From: Pirellulales bacterium
GTDB taxonomy: Bacteria > Planctomycetota > Planctomycetia > Pirellulales > UBA1268
Assembly: GCA_040397545.1 (NCBI GenBank)
Contig: JBBAVV010000003.1
Location: forward strand, 68,321-132,320
Length of the DNA: 64,000 bases
Reading direction: 5' to 3'
Shown here piece after piece: positions 35,458-43,216 of the stretch. Position 1 is the first letter of the stretch. Every line of letters starts with the position of its first letter. The translations under genes and the position numbers were made by a program. Below the pieces are notes generated by a model that saw only the letters and a list, made by a program, of their open reading frames with translations, was not told the DNA's origin and ran no database searches.

Positions 35458-36397
35458 TTGGCTCGGCGGGGAGCTGGCGATTGTAGAGAGCGGTGATCTC
35501 GGGCACGTCGGCGGCGAGCAGGCCGCAGAGCACGATCCTCCCGCCTGGTGCGAGGCGGCGGCAGAGGTCGTCGACATGGGCCCGGAGCACCGGGGCGACG
35601 ATGTTGGCGAGGATCAGGTCGTGGGGTGAGTCTGCGGGAAGCTCGTCGAGGGTGGCCGACACGCGGACACGGTCGGCAACCCCGTTGAGCGCCGCGTTGT
35701 GGCCGATGGCGGCGTGGACGCGCGGGTCGATCTCGACGGCGTCGACGGCCGGGGCGCCGCGGAGAGCGGCGGCGATCGCGAGGATCCCGGAGCCGGCGCC
35801 AAAATCGAGCACGCGCTGCGGTGGCGATTGGCCGGTCCCCAGAGCAGCCAGGCAGAGCTTCGTCGTCGGGTGGAGCCCTGTCCCGAACCCGCTGCCGGGG
35901 TCGATGACGAGCGTCGTCCCGGCAGCCGGCAGTCGTTGGTCGGGGGTTTCCCACGGGGGCAGAATCGTGCCGAAGCCGGGGATGTCGATCGGGCCATGAC
36001 CGGCGCGGCTCTCGGCCTCCCAGTCGTGGGGCTCCTCGTGGCGGACGCCGACCACGGCGCAGCCGGTGAGCCCGGCGAGGATCGCGGCGGCGGCCCGGGC
36101 ACCACTCTCGTCGGCAAACCACAGCTCCGCGGTGATCGTGTCGCGGGCCGCTACCCAGTCACGGGCAGGATCCCCCGCCGCGGCGTCGAGCACCATGTCG
36201 CTGGTGGTGATCCCGGCCGCGAACGCCTCCAGGGCATCGAGCGAGCCTTCGTGGATGCCGGCCAGGCTGGTGCCGTCGAGGAGCTCCCAGAGGAGGGGGA
36301 GAAAGTCGTCGCGGGGAATCGGTTCGGCCGGATCGATCGCCACCCGGCGGGCGATCGTGACAGCGACGATCCAGCAGGGATCGGGGGGCGTGGGCAT
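35408..36397 (-). CDS. prmA: ribosomal protein L11 methyltransferase
   Basis: GSGFGTGLHPTTKLCLAAL, the SAM motif VLDFGAGSGILAIAAALRGA, and DLILANIVAPVL..GGRIVLCGLL are conserved PrmA blocks. Confidence 0.8.
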   Translation of the reverse strand: MPTPPDPCWIVAVTIARRVAIDPAEPIPRDDFLPLLWELLDGTSLAGIHEGSLDALEAFAAGITTSDMVLDAAAGDPARDWVAARDTITAELWFADESGARAAAAILAGLTGCAVVGVRHEEPHDWEAESRAGHGPIDIPGFGTILPPWETPDQRLPAAGTTLVIDPGSGFGTGLHPTTKLCLAALGTGQSPPQRVLDFGAGSGILAIAAALRGAPAVDAVEIDPRVHAAIGHNAALNGVADRVRVSATLDELPADSPHDLILANIVAPVLRAHVDDLCRRLAPGGRIVLCGLLAADVPEITALYNRQLPAEPIMTALDGWHCLVFARA

Positions 36398-36504
36398 CGA
36401 TCGATCCAGCGGTCGAAAGGTCGTGACGCCCCGTGCCGAGGAGCGTAGAATGGGGCTTCAGCCCAACGGTCTCCAGACCGCGGGCGTCGCCCGGGGGAGT
36501 GACC

Positions 36505-39500
36505 ATGGTACGCACCTTTCTTCGTCTGCGGGGCCCGGTCATCGCGCTGCTTGCCTGGGGAGGGGTGTTGCTGGCCCGCCCGGCGCTGGCCGATCCGACA
36601 GGCCCGTCGTTCGCCGCCGACATCAAACCGCTCCTCTCCAACCGCTGCCTCCGCTGCCACGGCCCGGACGACTCGACGCGGCAAGGGGGGGGCGAGGCGG
36701 GGCTGCGGCTCGACACGTTCGCCGGGGCCACGGCCGATCTCGGCGGGCATGCGGCGATCGTGCCAGGAGATCCCGACGCGAGCGTCTTGATGGCCCGGAT
36801 CACGTCGAGCGATCCCGACACCGTCATGCCCCCTCCCGACGGTGGCGAACGGCTCGCGCCCGCCCAGATCGTGGCGTTTCGGGGGTGGATCGCCGCCGGC
36901 GCGAAGTTCGAGCGGCACTGGTCGTATCTCCCGCCGGTCCGCCCGGAGGTGCCGGCCGTGGCCGGCGCGGTGCGCAACCCGATCGATGCCTTCGTCATCG
37001 CCCGGCTGGCGCGCGAGGGGCTCGCCCTCCAGCCCGAGGCCGACCGGGCGGTGCTCGCCCGCCGCCTCGCCCTCGATCTCGTCGGCCTGCCGCCGACGCC
37101 GGAGGAGGTCGATGCCTTCGTCGCCGATCCTGCCCCGGAGGCCTACGAACGCTATGTCGACCGGCTGCTGGCCCACGACGGCTACGGCGAGCACCAGGCC
37201 CGGCAGTGGCTCGATCTCGCCCGTTATGCCGACAGCGCCGGCTACGCCGACGATCCCCCGCGCTCGATCTGGGGATTCCGTGACTGGGTGATCCGGGCCT
37301 TCGACGCCAACATGCCGTTCGACCGGTTCACGACGCTCCAGTTGGCGGGCGACATGGTGCCCAACGCCAGCCCCGACGACCGGATGGCGACCGCCTTCCA
37401 TCGCAACACGATGACGAACACCGAGGGGGGAACGATCGACGAGGAGTTCCGCAATGTGGCCGTCATCGACCGGGTGAACACGACCTTCGGCACCTGGATG
37501 GGAACGACGATCGGCTGTGCCCAGTGCCATAACCACAAATACGATCCGCTCTCGCAGCAGGATTTCTTCCGGCTCTACGCGGTCTTCAACAACACGGCCG
37601 ATGCCGATCGCGGCGACGACACGCCGGTGCTCGAGTTCTTCACGGCCACCCAGGAGGCGGAGCGGGCGCGGATCCTGGCCTCGATGGCCGCCGCCGAGAG
37701 CGTCCTTGCCACCGACACGCCCGAGATCGCCGTTGCCCGGGCGGCCTGGGATGCTGGCTTTCCGCGCGCCATCGGCTGGACGACGCTCCGGCCGACGGCG
37801 GCCTCGGCAGCGTCTTTCCCAGCGGCAGAATCTGGGCCCGTTCCCGCCGCGGTCGACGCCGACGGGACGATCCACTTCCCCGCCGTCGGGCCGCGGGGGG
37901 TATCGCGGATCGAGCTTCCGGTGGAGGGGATGCTCGCCGCGGTGGAGTTGGCCTTTCCGGGCGACGCGACCCTGCCGGGGGGATCGTCGGGACACGCCGG
38001 CAATCTCGTCGTCACCGGCATCTCGGCCCGGCTCGAGCCGGTTGACGCGGCGGCAGCGCCGCGCGGCAGATTCGTCCGCATCGAGCTTCCCGGCAATGAA
38101 AAGATCCTTTCGCTGGCCGAGGTCGAGATTTTCCGCGGCGGCGAAAACATCGCCCGTGGCAAGCCGGCGACGCAGGCCTCGACGACCCACGACGCCCCCG
38201 CCGGCCGCGCCGTCGACGGCGTCACCGCAGGGGGATTCTTCGTCGCCAACTCCGTCACCCACACCGCCACGCAGGCCGATCCGTGGTGGGAGGTCGATCT
38301 GGGGGCTGATGAAGCGGTGGAGCAGATCGTCGTCTGGAACCGGACCGACGGCGGCGTCGGCACGCGCCTCGCCGGGGCGCGGGTGCTCCTCCTCGACACG
38401 AACCGGCAGCCGCTCTGGCAGACGGTTCTCGCCACGGCCCCGGAGTCGAGCGTGGCGCTGGTGCCGGCAGGGGGGCGCGACGTGCCGTTGGCGGTGGCAT
38501 TCGCGAGCCGGTCGCAGGAGGGCTTCCCGGCGGCCGCAGTGCTCGCTCCCGCCGACGAGAAAAAGGAGCTCGATGCCGGCTGGGCGCCGGGGGGCACCGC
38601 GCCGGCGACACTCGTCGTAAGCTCGGCCGAAGCGGTGGCCGTGCAGCCGGGTGAGCGGCTCGTTCTCTCCCTCCGCCAGCGTTCCAAGCATGACAACCAC
38701 ACGATCGGCATCGTCCGCGTCGGGGTCTCCGCGGAGCCGCGCGTCAAGGAGTGGGCCGGCATGCCCGCCGACGTGATCGCGATCCTCGTCAAGCCGGCCG
38801 GGGAGCGGAGTGACGCCGAACAGGCCCGGCTCGCCGACCACCACCGCCGCGTCGTCGCCAGCGAGACGGCCCCGGCCCGGGAGCGGATGACGGCGCTGAC
38901 TGGGGAGCTTGCCGCGCTCAAGCCGGCGAAGGTGCCGGTGATGGAGGAGCTTGCCGCGGGCCAGCGCAGGGTGACGAAGGTCCAGCACCGCGGCAACTGG
39001 CAGGATCTGGGGGCCGAGGTCGAGGAAGGGGTGCCGGAGGCGTTTGCACTCCCCGTGGCCCCGTCGCCGGCCGGCCGGATCGATCGGCTCGCGCTGGCAA
39101 CGTGGCTCGTCGATCCAGCCAATCCGCTTACGGCGCGCGTCACGGTGAACCGGCTGTGGGAGCGGCTGTTCGGCATCGGGCTTGTCTCCACGAGCGAGGA
39201 GTTCGGCAGCCAGGGGGATCTGCCGAGTGACCCCCAGCTCCTCGATTGGCTCGCCGTCGAGCTCGTGGCCCGCGGCTGGGACACCAAGGCGATTCTCCGG
39301 GAGATCGTCACCAGCGCCACCTACCGGCAGACGTCGAAGGCCGATCCGGCGATCGTCGCCCGTGATCCCGACAACCAGCTCCTGGCCCGCGGCCCGCGCG
39401 TCCGCCTCTCTGCCGAGGTGATCCGCGACCAGGCCCTCGCGGCCGCGGGGCTCCTGTCGCAGAAGAAGGGGGGGCCGAGCGTCAACCCGCCGCAGCCCAA

Positions 39501-40026
39501 CCTCGGGCTCACCGCCGCCTTCGGCAGCGGGATCGATTGGCAGACGAGCCAGGGTGAGGATCGCTGGCGCCGGGCGATCTACACGACCTGGCGGCGGAGC
39601 AATCCGTACCCATCGATGGCTGCCTTCGATGCCCCCAACCGCGAGGTCTGCACGATCCGCCGGCCGCGGACGAACACTCCGCTCCAGGCGCTGGTGACCC
39701 TCAATGATCCGGTCTATGTCGAGGCGGCCCAGAGCCTGGCTCGGCGGATGGTGACCGAGGGGGGATCGACCGATCCCGAGCGGGTGATCCGCGGCTTCCG
39801 GCTCGTCCTCGCCCGGCAGCCGTCGGCCTTCGAGATCGATCGGCTCGTCCGGCTCCATGCCGAGAGCTTGGCCGACTACCGGCAGACGCCAGAGGAGGCG
39901 CGGAAACTGGCGACCGAGCCACTGGGGCCCCCCCCTGCCGACCTCACCGACCTCGCCGATCTGGCCGCATGGACGGTGGTGGCCAACGTGATCCTGAATC
40001 TCGACGAATCATTCATGTGCCCGTGA
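36505..40026 (+). CDS. PSCyt1/DUF1549/DUF1553 protein with an inserted F5/8 type C (discoidin-like) domain
   Basis: Signal peptide, then CLRCHGPDDSTRQGG..LRLD. DUF1549 block (NPIDAFVIARL..LVGLPPTPEEVDAFV). Mid-protein RFVRIELPGNEKILSLAEVEIF..GKPATQASTTHDAPAGRAVDG..DPWWEVDLG..VVWNR is discoidin-like. DUF1553-type C-terminus. Start taken at ATG 36505. Confidence 0.9.
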   Translation: MVRTFLRLRGPVIALLAWGGVLLARPALADPTGPSFAADIKPLLSNRCLRCHGPDDSTRQGGGEAGLRLDTFAGATADLGGHAAIVPGDPDASVLMARITSSDPDTVMPPPDGGERLAPAQIVAFRGWIAAGAKFERHWSYLPPVRPEVPAVAGAVRNPIDAFVIARLAREGLALQPEADRAVLARRLALDLVGLPPTPEEVDAFVADPAPEAYERYVDRLLAHDGYGEHQARQWLDLARYADSAGYADDPPRSIWGFRDWVIRAFDANMPFDRFTTLQLAGDMVPNASPDDRMATAFHRNTMTNTEGGTIDEEFRNVAVIDRVNTTFGTWMGTTIGCAQCHNHKYDPLSQQDFFRLYAVFNNTADADRGDDTPVLEFFTATQEAERARILASMAAAESVLATDTPEIAVARAAWDAGFPRAIGWTTLRPTAASAASFPAAESGPVPAAVDADGTIHFPAVGPRGVSRIELPVEGMLAAVELAFPGDATLPGGSSGHAGNLVVTGISARLEPVDAAAAPRGRFVRIELPGNEKILSLAEVEIFRGGENIARGKPATQASTTHDAPAGRAVDGVTAGGFFVANSVTHTATQADPWWEVDLGADEAVEQIVVWNRTDGGVGTRLAGARVLLLDTNRQPLWQTVLATAPESSVALVPAGGRDVPLAVAFASRSQEGFPAAAVLAPADEKKELDAGWAPGGTAPATLVVSSAEAVAVQPGERLVLSLRQRSKHDNHTIGIVRVGVSAEPRVKEWAGMPADVIAILVKPAGERSDAEQARLADHHRRVVASETAPARERMTALTGELAALKPAKVPVMEELAAGQRRVTKVQHRGNWQDLGAEVEEGVPEAFALPVAPSPAGRIDRLALATWLVDPANPLTARVTVNRLWERLFGIGLVSTSEEFGSQGDLPSDPQLLDWLAVELVARGWDTKAILREIVTSATYRQTSKADPAIVARDPDNQLLARGPRVRLSAEVIRDQALAAAGLLSQKKGGPSVNPPQPNLGLTAAFGSGIDWQTSQGEDRWRRAIYTTWRRSNPYPSMAAFDAPNREVCTIRRPRTNTPLQALVTLNDPVYVEAAQSLARRMVTEGGSTDPERVIRGFRLVLARQPSAFEIDRLVRLHAESLADYRQTPEEARKLATEPLGPPPADLTDLADLAAWTVVANVILNLDESFMCP

Positions 40027-40043
40027 GCGGAGGAACCTGCCCC

Positions 40044-41588
40044 ATGGATCCGATCCTCGAACAGAAGCGCCTCGCCACCCGGCGCCACCTCCTCGGTGGC
40101 ATGGGAGGGGGCATCGGTGGACTGGCGCTCGAAGCGCTCCTCGGGGGTGCGGCGCCGTTCGGCCGCGAGGCGCCGTTCGGCCGCGAGGCGCCGTTCGGCC
40201 GCGAGGCGCCGTTCGGCCGCGAGGCGCGGGGGGCGGAGAGCGAGGCGAACCATGGCCACGTCGTCCCGGCCGATCCCCTCGCCCCGCGGGTGCCGCACTT
40301 CACGCCGAAGGCGAAGCGGATGATCGTCATCCACCTCACCGGCTCGCCCCCCCATCTCGATCTCTACGACCACAAGCCGGAGCTCGTGAAGCATTCGGGG
40401 GAGGATTGCCCGGCCGAGACGATCAAGGGGAAGACGTTCGCCTTCACCAGCGGTACGCCGAAGCTCATGGGGACTCCCCGCAGCTGGCAGCGCTGCGGCG
40501 AAAGCGGCATGGAGCTTTCCGACGCGATCCCCAATCTCCAGCGCGTGGCCGATCGACTCTGCGTCGTGCGGAGCATGCACACCGACCAGTTCAACCATGC
40601 CCCGGCGGAGCTCCTCCTCTACACCGGCGCCGCGCGATCGGGCCGGCCGAGCCTGGGGAGCTGGGCGACCTACGGCTTGGGGAGCGAGAACCAGGATCTC
40701 CCCGGCTTCGTCGTTCTCATCTCCTCGGGGGTCCAGCCCAACGGCGGCACGAGCAGCTTCGGATCGGGCTTCCTACCGAGCGTCTACCAGGGCGTGCAGT
40801 GCCGTTCGCAGGGGGATCCGGTGCTGTATGTCTCCGATCCCCCTGGCATGGACAGGAAGACGCGGCGCCAGAGCCTCGACGCCCTCAAGGATCTCAACGA
40901 GCTCCAGGCTCGCGAGCTGGGGAATGCCGAGACCCTGACGCGCATCGCCCAGTACGAGCTGGCCTACCGAATGCAGACGAGCGTGCCGGAGGTGATGGAC
41001 ATCTCGCGCGAATCGCCGGCAGTCCTCGAGGCCTACGGCGCGAAGCCCGGGCAGGCGAGCCTTGCCAACAACTGCCTCCTCGCCCGGCGGCTTGTCGAGC
41101 AGGGGGTGCGGTTCGTCCATCTCTTCGACTGGGGCTGGGACTTCCACGGCACCGGCCCGGGGGAGGACATCCGCGACGGGCTGACAAGGAAGGCGGCGAC
41201 GTTCGACAAGCCGGCCGCGGCGCTGATTGAGGATCTCGAGGCCCGCGGGCTCCTCGACGACACGCTCATCCTCTGCACTGGCGAGTTCGGGCGGACCCCG
41301 TTCCGCGAGGGGCGCACCGCCGGTGGCGACATCCTGGGGCGCGACCATTTCCCCGATTGCTACTCGATCTGGATGTGTGGAGGCGGGACGAAGCCGGGAT
41401 TCGTCCATGGGGCGAGCGACGATCTCGGCTTCAAGCCGGCGGTCGATCCGGTCCACGTCCACGATCTCCAGGCGACGATCATGCATCTCCTCGGCTTCGA
41501 CCACACCAAGCTGACGTGGCGCTTCCAGGGGCGCGACTACCGGCTTACCGACGTCCATGGCACGGTCATCCGGCCGCTCTTGGCATGA
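40044..41588 (+). CDS. DUF1501 domain protein (Tat signal)
   Basis: GGAGG lies 11 nt upstream of ATG 40044. RRHLLGGMGGGIGGLALEALLGG is the Tat signal. KRMIVIHLTGSPPHLDLYDHKP and GEFGRTPFREG..GRDHFP are DUF1501 motifs. Confidence 0.9.
   Translation: MDPILEQKRLATRRHLLGGMGGGIGGLALEALLGGAAPFGREAPFGREAPFGREAPFGREARGAESEANHGHVVPADPLAPRVPHFTPKAKRMIVIHLTGSPPHLDLYDHKPELVKHSGEDCPAETIKGKTFAFTSGTPKLMGTPRSWQRCGESGMELSDAIPNLQRVADRLCVVRSMHTDQFNHAPAELLLYTGAARSGRPSLGSWATYGLGSENQDLPGFVVLISSGVQPNGGTSSFGSGFLPSVYQGVQCRSQGDPVLYVSDPPGMDRKTRRQSLDALKDLNELQARELGNAETLTRIAQYELAYRMQTSVPEVMDISRESPAVLEAYGAKPGQASLANNCLLARRLVEQGVRFVHLFDWGWDFHGTGPGEDIRDGLTRKAATFDKPAAALIEDLEARGLLDDTLILCTGEFGRTPFREGRTAGGDILGRDHFPDCYSIWMCGGGTKPGFVHGASDDLGFKPAVDPVHVHDLQATIMHLLGFDHTKLTWRFQGRDYRLTDVHGTVIRPLLA
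40152..40223 (+). repeat. perfect 18-bp tandem repeat x4 (in frame, encodes APFGRE x4)
   Basis: gcgccgttcggccgcgag is repeated four times without a mismatch, immediately after the Tat signal of the DUF1501 gene. Confidence 0.95.
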
Positions 41589-43102
41589 GCATGGTTGGCA
41601 CGATCGGCATGACGATGGAGAACCGGCGACGGTGGCTGGCGCTGGTGGTGATGGCGGCTTGGATGCTCATGGGACCAGGGCCTGAGGGAGTGGCCGACGG
41701 CGCGACGGCCCGGCCGAATGTCCTGTGGTTTGTCGTCGACGACATGTCGGCCGACTTCTCCTGCTACGGCGGGAGACGCGTCGCCACGCCACACGTCGAC
41801 CGGCTGGCACGCGAGGGGACGCTCTTCGAGCACGCCTTCACGACGGCGCCGGTCTGCTCGCCGAGCCGCTCGGCGCTGATCACGGGGATGTTCCAGACGG
41901 CGATCGGCGCCGAGCATCACCGCAGCGGCCGCGGCGTGCTGAAGATCGACCTTCCGCCCGGCATCAGACCGCTGCCGGCGATGCTCAAAGACGCCGGCTA
42001 CCACACCTCCATCGGCGACGGACTCGGCGTTGCCGGGGACGGCCAGTTCGGCAAGACCGACTACAACTTCCAGTGGGATCGGGCGATCTACGATGCGAGC
42101 GATTGGGGGGCTCGGCAGCCGGGGCAGCCGTTCTTCATGCAGGTGATGCTCCCCGGGGGGAAGCTCCGCGGCGAATCGATCGAGTCGATCCGGGCGCTCT
42201 CGAAGCGCGCGATCGACACCTTCGGCGCCGCGGTGGGGCCCGACGACGTGGAGCTGCCGCCGTACCTGCCGCGGGATCCGGTCCTCCTCGAAGACCACGC
42301 CGCCTATCTCTCGGCGGTCCGCTTCACCGATGCCCACGTGGGGCGGGTGCTCGCGCGTCTGGAGGCCGAGGGGATCCTCGACGACACGGTCGTGATCTTC
42401 ATGACCGATCACGGCATCAGTCATGCCCGCGGGAAGCAATTTCTCTACGACGAGGGGACACGAATCCCGCTGATCGTCCGCGGCCCGGGGATCCCCCGGG
42501 GTGTCCGCCGCAGCGACCTCGTCATGCAGATCGACCTGGCGGCAATCACGCTGGCGGCCGCCGGCGTGGCGCAGCCGGCATCGATGCAGGCCCGCGATCC
42601 CTTCGCGCCCATCTTCGAGCCGCGCGAGGCGGTGTTTGCCGCCCGCGACCGCTGCGATGAGACGGTCGACCGGATCCGCTCCGTCCGCACGCCAGCGTGG
42701 CTCTACGTGCGGAACTTTCACCCCCGTCGTCCGCACCTCCAGCCCAATGCCTACAAGGATGGCAAGGCGATCGTGCAGCGGCTCCGGGAGCTCCACGCCA
42801 CAGGCTCGCTCGACCCGCTCCAGGAGCAGCTTCTCTTCGCGGCGCAGCGCCCGGAGGAGGAGCTCTATGCCTGGCCGGAGGACCGTCACCAGCTGCGGAA
42901 TCTGGCCGCCGATCCGGCCCATGCGGCTGACCTGGCCGACCTCCGCCGCCGGCTGGAGGGCTGGATGGCGGCCTGCGGCGACTCCGGGCCGGAGCCGGAA
43001 GCGATGTACGACAGCGACATGGCGGTCTATCTGGCGCCGGGGAGGCCGGAGGTGGAGCGGAACATCGCCACGATGAAGGCCTGGTGGGCCGAGGGGAGAT
43101 AA
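41585..43102 (+). CDS. Cys-type sulfatase (arylsulfatase A family)
   Basis: PNVLWFVVDDMSADFSCYGG and the FGly motif APVCSPSRSALITG (C-x-P-x-R), plus FMTDHGIS. The ATG overlaps the DUF1501 stop (ATGA at 41585-41588). Confidence 0.9.
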   Translation: MSMVGTIGMTMENRRRWLALVVMAAWMLMGPGPEGVADGATARPNVLWFVVDDMSADFSCYGGRRVATPHVDRLAREGTLFEHAFTTAPVCSPSRSALITGMFQTAIGAEHHRSGRGVLKIDLPPGIRPLPAMLKDAGYHTSIGDGLGVAGDGQFGKTDYNFQWDRAIYDASDWGARQPGQPFFMQVMLPGGKLRGESIESIRALSKRAIDTFGAAVGPDDVELPPYLPRDPVLLEDHAAYLSAVRFTDAHVGRVLARLEAEGILDDTVVIFMTDHGISHARGKQFLYDEGTRIPLIVRGPGIPRGVRRSDLVMQIDLAAITLAAAGVAQPASMQARDPFAPIFEPREAVFAARDRCDETVDRIRSVRTPAWLYVRNFHPRRPHLQPNAYKDGKAIVQRLRELHATGSLDPLQEQLLFAAQRPEEELYAWPEDRHQLRNLAADPAHAADLADLRRRLEGWMAACGDSGPEPEAMYDSDMAVYLAPGRPEVERNIATMKAWWAEGR

Positions 43103-43216
43103 TTGCCTGTTTCTCTCCCCGCCCCTTGCAAAACCCCCCGGGCGTGGGTTATTGGTAGGTCTAAAGGGTGGGTTAGCCAGGGGTCTGCCGCCGCCCGGTC
43201 TCCGGGAGACCTGTCC

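Noticed and set aside
36151-39858. 1235-aa minus-strand ORF
   Set aside because: It is antisense to the PSCyt/DUF1549/DUF1553 gene, whose plus-strand translation has clear domain signatures. The minus-strand product is Arg/Gly/Pro-rich with no motifs.
40152-40223. Possible CRISPR-like or other repeat array (also the 12-bp repeats at 46430-46477)
   Set aside because: The units are contiguous with no spacers, far shorter than CRISPR repeats, and there are no cas genes. They are simple tandem repeats.
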